Of a DNA stretch of 64,000 nt, positions 19,036-25,788 are shown in pieces (positions within the stretch are counted from its first letter, which is position 1; every line of letters begins with the position of its first letter). The DNA comes from an uncultured Pseudobdellovibrionaceae bacterium (GTDB lineage Bacteria > Bdellovibrionota > Bdellovibrionia > Bdellovibrionales > JAGQZY01). The translations under genes were made by a program, and so were the position numbers. A model generated the notes under the pieces. The model was not told the origin of the DNA, did not search any database, and was given only the letters and a program-made list of their open reading frames with translations. Location of the stretch: NCBI GenBank assembly GCA_964579625.1, contig CAZOGU010000003.1, positions 4,995-68,994 on the forward strand, read 5' to 3'.

Positions 19036-19067
19036 AAAAAAGCCCGGCAAAAGCTGGGCTTTTTTTT
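19036..19067. terminator. Bidirectional intrinsic terminator (rpsD / convergent lipoprotein gene)
   Basis: AAAAA AGCCCGG caaaag CTGGGCT TTTTTTT. 7-bp stem (one G-U) flanked by A-run and T-run. Confidence 0.75.
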
Positions 19068-19075
19068 GCAAACTC

Positions 19076-19106
19076 GTCATCCCTCACTTCGCTCAGCTCA
19101 GATGAC
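19076..19106 (+). repeat. Short hairpin carrying the recurrent TTCGCT..GCTCA..GATGAC motif
   Basis: GTCATC cctcacTTCGCTCAGCTCA GATGAC. Shares CTCGTCATC, TTCGCT, GCTCA and GATGAC with the apex of the 22904-23030 palindrome. Confidence 0.6.
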
Positions 19107-19123
19107 AAGGATTCGCCTATTCG

Positions 19124-19792
19124 TTAGTTGTTATTGTTTTTCAACTGATTGATAAAGGCTTCACCTACAGTGGCGGGGTCGGAGCTGCCTGCGGTGGCAG
19201 TTGCGAAGTTGTCGCAGATTTCTGTACCGTAAAATGAGCCGCCCTGAACGCAGGCGGTGGTTTGCATACTCAAAACCGAATTTCCAATATCTGCGAGATC
19301 ATCAGCTGGAAGTGTGGATGGATCGCCTGTCCCAATCCAAGTGGCCAGATCGCCACCAGCTACAGCATCAAGAGCGGCTTGAATTTGTGTGGCAAGCTGT
19401 GCAGATTCGGCAAGGAGTTTCAAATTGCGTGAGCCACTCAATGTGCAATAGTTGACGGCCGTGGCTGCTTCGGTGGAATTGTTAAATTGAAAATCAGTAT
19501 AAAACTGCACAGACGGATCTGTAGTGCTCGAATCATTGTTGTCGTCGAGATTCTGTGTCGCCTGGATGATGGTGCTGGTTGTAATCCCTGCTCGTAAAAA
19601 TTCACCTGAACATCTGAGGACGTATGACTGGGGTGTTGTGATTCCTGCGATTTTAGCTAGACATATGTCGGCCGAGACACCATCCGTTGCGCGATCCATG
19701 CAAAGTTGAGCCGAATAAATTTGATCATCTTCTTTGTCTTCGCAGGCCGAAAAACACATCACGCACAAGGCAAACCACACGACTCTTTTCAC
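19124..19792 (-). CDS. Cys-rich lipoprotein (L1), paralogue of 20976-21770
   Basis: Lipobox MKRVVWFALCVMCFSAC. Motifs shared with L2 are Y..RC...F, a PxDD...IG block and scattered Cys. Confidence 0.7.
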   Translation of the reverse strand: MKRVVWFALCVMCFSACEDKEDDQIYSAQLCMDRATDGVSADICLAKIAGITTPQSYVLRCSGEFLRAGITTSTIIQATQNLDDNNDSSTTDPSVQFYTDFQFNNSTEAATAVNYCTLSGSRNLKLLAESAQLATQIQAALDAVAGGDLATWIGTGDPSTLPADDLADIGNSVLSMQTTACVQGGSFYGTEICDNFATATAGSSDPATVGEAFINQLKNNNN

Positions 19793-19921
19793 GGTCCCAC
19801 TCCTTCACAAGTATTGAGATTTTATCGTAGCTGATAAAGGCAGGAATTGCACTGATCCAACGTCTAATTTTCTCTCTGTGAAACGCTTTTTTAAACAACA
19901 TAAGAGATACTAAAATGAGAC

Positions 19922-20968
19922 ATGAAGTCATTGATTCTCCTCCTTATTTTAACTTTGGCTCTATCGGTGCGCGCTGATTTTTATCAAGGCATTCGGCAGA
20001 TGGGAATGGGTGGCGCTGCCGTTGCGGTTGTTAACGACGAAACCTCGTTGCTTTTAAATCCGATTGGCTTGGGTCGTTTGCGCGAACCTTATGTGACAAT
20101 CGTTGATCCCGAAGTGACAACCAATCAACAAAGTATTAGTAGCGTGCAAAGCTTATTGTTGGATTCTACTGACCTCAAAGAAGTCTATCCAGAACTGGCG
20201 AGTAACTTGGATCAAAGATATTTTGTGCGCACACAACTTTTTCCTTCCTACGCGGATCGACACTATGGTTTTGGTGCGCTCATCAAAAACGAAATGACGG
20301 CAACGCGTTCAAGTACCACCCAATTTTTGGATCTGAATTATGTGAGTGATTGGGCCGCAGTGGCGGGGCTGAATAAAAGTTTTTATGGCGGAGTGATCAA
20401 AGTGGGAGCCGCAGGACGTTGGGTCGATCGCGCTCAGTACGTAGGAGTTCTCGATCCAAACACGCAAGGTCTTGATTTGCAAAGACTGGCTGTGCAAGGT
20501 GCAGGTTTAGCGGCTGATGTGGGTTTAAGTCTTTCGTCGCCAACAGACTGGTTGCCAACACTTAGTGTGATGGCGAAAGACATTGGTGACACTTCGTTTA
20601 CTTTGAGCGATGGCTTACGGGATTACCTAACGACCGCCGATCCTACTAAAGTTCCCATGACTATGGATGTGGCGGTGGCTTTGTTTCCAATCTGGAACAA
20701 TTATACGCGTGGCACATTTACGATCGAATTTGATGACGTTCTCGAAGAGGGAGACACTGTTCGTAAGCTTCACGCCGGGATGGAAGTGAATCTTGCCGAT
20801 CGTTGGTTTTTTCGTAGTGGTTACAATCGCGGCTATTTAACCGGTGGTCTTGAGTGGACGATGCCTTTTGTTCAAGTTCAGTTTGCCTATTACGGGGAAG
20901 AGATTGGTACGGATGAAAATCCACTCAAAGACGAGCGGTATGCGATGAAGCTGGTGTTTCGTTTTTAG
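19922..20968 (+). CDS. PorV/FadL-like outer-membrane beta-barrel protein (paralogue 2)
   Basis: Signal peptide MKSLILLLILTLALSVRA. N-terminal RQMGMGGAAVAVVNDETSLLLNPIGL. C-terminal DERYAMKLVFRF. Confidence 0.7.
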   Translation: MKSLILLLILTLALSVRADFYQGIRQMGMGGAAVAVVNDETSLLLNPIGLGRLREPYVTIVDPEVTTNQQSISSVQSLLLDSTDLKEVYPELASNLDQRYFVRTQLFPSYADRHYGFGALIKNEMTATRSSTTQFLDLNYVSDWAAVAGLNKSFYGGVIKVGAAGRWVDRAQYVGVLDPNTQGLDLQRLAVQGAGLAADVGLSLSSPTDWLPTLSVMAKDIGDTSFTLSDGLRDYLTTADPTKVPMTMDVAVALFPIWNNYTRGTFTIEFDDVLEEGDTVRKLHAGMEVNLADRWFFRSGYNRGYLTGGLEWTMPFVQVQFAYYGEEIGTDENPLKDERYAMKLVFRF

Positions 20969-20975
20969 GAGTTTT

Positions 20976-21770
20976 ATGAAAAAGTTGATTCTTCTTTTTT
21001 TATTGTTGGGTTGTAGCAAAAATATTCTTGAAGAGACGGCAAAGCCAAACACACCGGAAGCCGTGTATTATCGCGCGAAGCTGGCGATGAATGATCAGGA
21101 CTACGACGCCGCTATTCTTCTTTTGCAATCGCTGGGGCCGACATATCTTTCGCGTCGTGATGTGGCCCTTGTTTATGCGTCTGCTTATTCGGGTCGCTGC
21201 GGATTAAACTTCGTGAATCTAATCACTCAGCTGGATACAGTTGGGACAGCCGCAAATTTGTTCTTATTTTTGATGGATATTTTTCCCGATGGATCGGACT
21301 CCAAAATTGGTGATTGTCAGTTTGCAGAGACGACGTTGAACACATTTGGAGCCTACACAGCACGCACAGCAGACGAAAATATTTTGATGGGACTCTCGAG
21401 CATTACTAAAGTTGGAACTATTTTAAATCGTTACGCAGATACAGACAATAACGGAGCTGCAGACGCCACTTTTGATCATTGTGATCTCACAGATTTTCCA
21501 GATGATGCCGTTCGCGAGATTGGAACAGGAATCGCTAATGCGATACTGAGTATTTCGCAAGTGAGTTCATCGATCTCGTCTGACACACTCACTGAAATCA
21601 CGTCTCTTTGTGCTCTCAATGTGAATCTCAATTCCTTTTGCACGACGACAGACAAGTCTACCTATACAGCACTTGAAGTGAGTTTTTTAAGATCCTTAGT
21701 GGCCTCCACCAGTGATGGAATCGGTGCCGCAACTTGCCCAGGGAGTTTCATCACTTGCATCTGTCCTTAA
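20976..21770 (+). CDS. Cys-rich lipoprotein (L2), paralogue of 19124-19792
   Basis: AGGAG RBS and lipobox LLFLLLGCSKN. Motifs shared with L1 include YSGRCGLNF and FPDDAVREIG. Confidence 0.75.
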   Translation: MKKLILLFLLLGCSKNILEETAKPNTPEAVYYRAKLAMNDQDYDAAILLLQSLGPTYLSRRDVALVYASAYSGRCGLNFVNLITQLDTVGTAANLFLFLMDIFPDGSDSKIGDCQFAETTLNTFGAYTARTADENILMGLSSITKVGTILNRYADTDNNGAADATFDHCDLTDFPDDAVREIGTGIANAILSISQVSSSISSDTLTEITSLCALNVNLNSFCTTTDKSTYTALEVSFLRSLVASTSDGIGAATCPGSFITCICP

Positions 21771-22903
21771 CCACACTCTTTATTTGTATTTTCTTTTTTG
21801 CATTTCATCGCGCGAGCGCGGAGGAACTGCCAGAGTATGGTCTTTCCGTGAAAGGTCTCGGAATGGGGAATGCTTACACCGGACACGCAAAGGGGCATGA
21901 CGCTCTCTTTTACAACCCCGCTGCATTTGCAAATCTGACGGGATTTCAGATGCGTTTGATGGGGCTTGGCGTGGGACTAAATGGAATTGATGTCTACGAT
22001 GAATACTCTGATCTTTTTGATAATTCCAATAACGTTGGAGACACACTCAATGCGCTGTATGGACAACCGATATGGGCTCGTGTGGATTATCAATTCTCAA
22101 TGAGTTCGGGACCATTTATTGTTGGTGCTTATTCGCGAGCCAATGTGGGCTTTACGCTTCTTAATCCAGCTCTACCGACTCTTGATGCTAATTATTACGC
22201 CGATTATGTTTTTTTTGGCGGAGCGGGTGTATCGATTGTGCCACAAATTTTTGATGTGGGTTTTGTTGTAAAAAGAATCACACGTTTTGCAGGCGGTGGG
22301 GATATTTCCGCGTCAACGCTGGCTTTTTTAGACTCGCAAGCCATCGAAGATGCTGCCAATCAAACAGGCGTTGCTTTTGGCGCTGATTTTGGAGCAAAGC
22401 TCACGTTGCCAGGCGAATGGCATCCCTCTGCGGCCTTTGCATGGCAAGATATTGGAAACACATCCTTTTCTTTCAGTGCAACGAATCCCGCACCAGCGAC
22501 GATTGAAGATCGAATGAACATTGCTCTTGGATTGGAGCGAGAATTTCTTGGACTGTTTACACTTCGTCCAGCCATTGAATACAAAATGATAAATAGCTCA
22601 TCAACAGAGGTGCAAGTCGGAAAAAAACTTCACGCGGGTCTCGAACTCGAACTTCCTGCAATCACTCTGCGTGGAGGTTTTTACCAGGGCTACTACACGT
22701 ACGGTGCGTCCTTTGATTTTTGGGTTTTCCAAATGGATTTTGCAACTTATGCTGTAGAACTGGGCGAATACGTGGGCCAGCACGAAGACCGTCGCTATAT
22801 GTTTCAGCTGACAATGGACTTCGGTATCGACGGAGTCTCTGGCGATTGGTTCAATTTCTCAAAATCCCGTCGCACCAAACGCGGTATCAAACAACGCCGT
22901 TAA
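21734..22903 (+). CDS. PorV/FadL-like outer-membrane beta-barrel protein (paralogue 3); start uncertain
   Basis: KGLGMGNAYTGHAKGHDALFYNPAAF and EDRRYMFQLTMDF, followed by a basic tail. The TTG start at 21734 overlaps the upstream gene. An in-frame TTG about 24 nt downstream is equally plausible. Confidence 0.7.
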   Translation: MPREFHHLHLSLTTLFICIFFFAFHRASAEELPEYGLSVKGLGMGNAYTGHAKGHDALFYNPAAFANLTGFQMRLMGLGVGLNGIDVYDEYSDLFDNSNNVGDTLNALYGQPIWARVDYQFSMSSGPFIVGAYSRANVGFTLLNPALPTLDANYYADYVFFGGAGVSIVPQIFDVGFVVKRITRFAGGGDISASTLAFLDSQAIEDAANQTGVAFGADFGAKLTLPGEWHPSAAFAWQDIGNTSFSFSATNPAPATIEDRMNIALGLEREFLGLFTLRPAIEYKMINSSSTEVQVGKKLHAGLELELPAITLRGGFYQGYYTYGASFDFWVFQMDFATYAVELGEYVGQHEDRRYMFQLTMDFGIDGVSGDWFNFSKSRRTKRGIKQRR

Positions 22904-23030
22904 AAAAGGTACGCCGTTCCTTTTCCTTAAGCTTTGTGTCATTTCTTTTTCTCGTCATCTTTCGCTTTGCTCAAGATGACGAGAAAAAGAAATGACACAA
23001 AGCTTAAGGAAAAGGAACGGCGTACCTTTT
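22904..23030. repeat. Perfect palindrome: 57-bp stem, 13-nt loop
   Basis: 22904-22960 is the exact reverse complement of 22974-23030. The loop is TTCGCTTTGCTCA. It starts at the base after the stop codon of the upstream gene. Confidence 0.95.
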
Positions 23031-23055
23031 GTGTTGGCTGGGTTATATTGGGCGA

Positions 23056-25788
23056 ATGCTTCAAGTTGTTCTGATGGGATCTCCCGATGATAAGAAAATT
23101 TATTTTGCGCAGAACTCTTCGATTGAGGATTTGTGGATTGTTTCGCATATGGAAGCGAAGAAGTGGTTACAGGAGCAGCATCTTAAAATGTCCTCAAGCA
23201 TTCCCACGCAGACGGTACTTCGTGCCACTGAATATTGGCAGTGGTTGTTTTCCATCAACTGTCCAGAGTGGCGAGTTATCAGTGAGAGTTTGATTTACGC
23301 GTTTATCGAAGACTGGTTCGAAAAAAATAAAACTCCTGCGCAGTACAGTGACATCGAGATGTTCTATAATTTTTTAACGCAGGTTTCACCGCTCCTTTAC
23401 TCGCCACAAAAGCAACTTTTTCCCGAATGGCTTCAGCAAGAGCCGCAGCGACGAGAAAAACTCTTTCCCTGGTATTCTCAAGCGGAAGCGTTTCAGCAAA
23501 CGCTCAATCATAAAAAATGGATGGGGCGGCCGTGGCTTTTAAGTTTTTTGGTGGGGAAAGAGGATGTTTATTTTGGGGAGTCGCAAAAAATTCATTTTGA
23601 TTTGGGTTTAGATCTTCAGCACGAAGAAGTAGAAATAATTCTGCGCCTTTCTCAGGAAAAAGATGTCAGCGTGCTTGTTCCGAATCCCTCCTGGGCCGGT
23701 GAGTATCCTTTTCAGTTGGCGGTTTACAATCGCCTTGTCGAAGCGGCCGATAAAAAAGACACTTGGCCGACGGAGGCTTTGGCAAAACCTCCACAGACCG
23801 TCGCAGAGAACAGTGTGTTGAAAGAAGTCAAAAGAGTGGTCGCACAAATTCGCGATCTTTTAAATCAAGGGGTTCAACCCCAAAAGATTGCCATTGGCAC
23901 AGCCGCGCTCGAAGACTATTGGCCTCTGCTAAAAAGTCATTTTGATATCGAGGGAGTTCCTCTCAATAAGAGAGTTGTCGCCCGCGTGATTTCCTTACCC
24001 GAAGTGCAGATTTGGCTCGCACGTCTTCAGCTTCTCAAAGAGGATTTTCATCAAGCGCAGCTTGAGGCGATGCTTTATTTTTCTGAGTCGCCCAAAACCA
24101 CCATTTCTTATCGCGATTTTAAAAAGAATTTCACCAACGTGTACGAAACAGACATTTTGCGCCAGTCGTTTCAACTTCCAGAGGCGATTTCTCAGCACAA
24201 GAATATTCGTCTCGCGGACCTTGTAGATATTCTCTATGCCCAATGGGAGCAGGAGGATGACGAAATTCTCGGAGAGATCATCGACCGTCTGGTGAAGGAT
24301 ATGAATCTTCAGGACGAGTTAACCTATCCCATTTGGCTCAAGTACCTGGAGCTTGTCATCAGTCGATACGAGATTCCCTTGTTTAAAGAGCAAGAGGCGG
24401 GGATTCAGTTTTATGGTATCAACGCCATGGACTGGAATGAGTGCGATTATTTATTTGTTCTTGGTTGTGAGCAAAAACTTTTAGTACAGACTCAGCGAAC
24501 GCCATTACAAATGGAAGATCTTTTTGCCATTGAAAGAGATTTAGGATTTTTTTTACAAAAGACAGAGAACCACAAACTGGAATTTGATCTCCGTTGGTGT
24601 TTAGAAAAAAAGGAGCAAAAAGCCATTCTTATCCACTCTGAGAGTGATTTTAATGGCGACCCACAATTGGCTTCTCATTATTGGATGAAAACCCATCTCA
24701 AAGCACAGACAAACAAAGAAGCCCTGTCGATCATCAACACTCGTTGGGATGAGGTGATGGTTTCGCCAACGGAAGCCATTGCACAATCGGCGGGATGGAA
24801 TGAGCAAGACGTCGCGGTGTTAACGCAGAAGTTGGTTTGCGAGCAATCCACAGAGAGCTACCCATCCGTACAATATCAACAGCGTCCACGTTTATCGGCA
24901 AGTCAGTTTCAAAAGGTGGATCAATGCAGTTTTCTCTTTTTTGCTGAAAAAATATTAAAGCTCAAAACGCAAGAAGAGTACGATCTCGAGATTGATCCTA
25001 TGTACAACGGCCAAATCCTCCACGCTGTTCTAGAAAAGCTGATGCTCGAAAAACCATCACTCAATATGACCTGGGACGAACTGAGCGAGATCTATGAAAA
25101 AGTGGTTTTACAGATGAGCTCGGAGCTTCCGTTGCAAACTTTTTGGCGTCATGAAAAAAAGCGTCAGATGAACTTGATTCAAAACTTTATCGAGTTAGAG
25201 AAAGAATATCGAAAAACCCATCCTCTGGTTCAAACGGTGGGAGTGGAAGTTCCCGTCCAAGGTTATGTCACGGCAATAGAGAACTCGCTTGTATGGTCGC
25301 GGGAACCCAAAAACACCTCTTCTTTTCCTTTTGCTGGAAAAATCGATCGTTTGGATCAAGATACACATAAAAATTATGCCATTGTTGATTACAAAACGTC
25401 CAAAACAGAAAATATCAAAGGATTTACTTCGTGGCTTAAGCAAAGTCAGTTTCAGATGTCGATATATGCTCAAGCGGTTGAGGCCGGCCTTGGGCAGGAG
25501 ATCGAGCCCAACCGCGTGGCCGCTGCTGAGTACATTTTTTTAAAAAACAAAAGTCGAGGATCTGGATTTATTATTAACGATGAGCAAAATGGCTTTGTGA
25601 GTCTAGAAAAACCAGAAAAAACGGTTTCGATCGAAGACAAAGAAGAACACGATCAACAGCTCAAGGAAAAACTATCGCAATTGATTCAACAGATCGAACG
25701 AGGGTCATTTCCTCCCAAACCGCAAGATGTAAAAATTTGCGAAAAATGTCAATGGAGTCCGCTATGTCGAGCGCCCCATCTTCGTTAA
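23056..25788 (+). CDS. addB: AddB-like PD-(D/E)XK nuclease subunit with C-terminal Fe-S cysteine cluster
   Basis: About 911 aa. C-terminal nuclease motif is DRLD...IVDYKTSK, with the cysteine cluster C...CEKCQWSPLC. It lies upstream of, and overlaps, a UvrD-type helicase-nuclease gene. Start taken at the first ATG outside the palindrome. Confidence 0.75.
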   Translation: MLQVVLMGSPDDKKIYFAQNSSIEDLWIVSHMEAKKWLQEQHLKMSSSIPTQTVLRATEYWQWLFSINCPEWRVISESLIYAFIEDWFEKNKTPAQYSDIEMFYNFLTQVSPLLYSPQKQLFPEWLQQEPQRREKLFPWYSQAEAFQQTLNHKKWMGRPWLLSFLVGKEDVYFGESQKIHFDLGLDLQHEEVEIILRLSQEKDVSVLVPNPSWAGEYPFQLAVYNRLVEAADKKDTWPTEALAKPPQTVAENSVLKEVKRVVAQIRDLLNQGVQPQKIAIGTAALEDYWPLLKSHFDIEGVPLNKRVVARVISLPEVQIWLARLQLLKEDFHQAQLEAMLYFSESPKTTISYRDFKKNFTNVYETDILRQSFQLPEAISQHKNIRLADLVDILYAQWEQEDDEILGEIIDRLVKDMNLQDELTYPIWLKYLELVISRYEIPLFKEQEAGIQFYGINAMDWNECDYLFVLGCEQKLLVQTQRTPLQMEDLFAIERDLGFFLQKTENHKLEFDLRWCLEKKEQKAILIHSESDFNGDPQLASHYWMKTHLKAQTNKEALSIINTRWDEVMVSPTEAIAQSAGWNEQDVAVLTQKLVCEQSTESYPSVQYQQRPRLSASQFQKVDQCSFLFFAEKILKLKTQEEYDLEIDPMYNGQILHAVLEKLMLEKPSLNMTWDELSEIYEKVVLQMSSELPLQTFWRHEKKRQMNLIQNFIELEKEYRKTHPLVQTVGVEVPVQGYVTAIENSLVWSREPKNTSSFPFAGKIDRLDQDTHKNYAIVDYKTSKTENIKGFTSWLKQSQFQMSIYAQAVEAGLGQEIEPNRVAAAEYIFLKNKSRGSGFIINDEQNGFVSLEKPEKTVSIEDKEEHDQQLKEKLSQLIQQIERGSFPPKPQDVKICEKCQWSPLCRAPHLR

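Noticed and set aside
22720-23148. Two ORFs on opposite strands (22720-22995 plus, 22939-23148 minus) sharing the peptide KVRRSFSLSFVSFLFLVI.
   Set aside because: The shared peptide is a direct consequence of reading both arms of the perfect 57-bp palindrome. They are not real genes.
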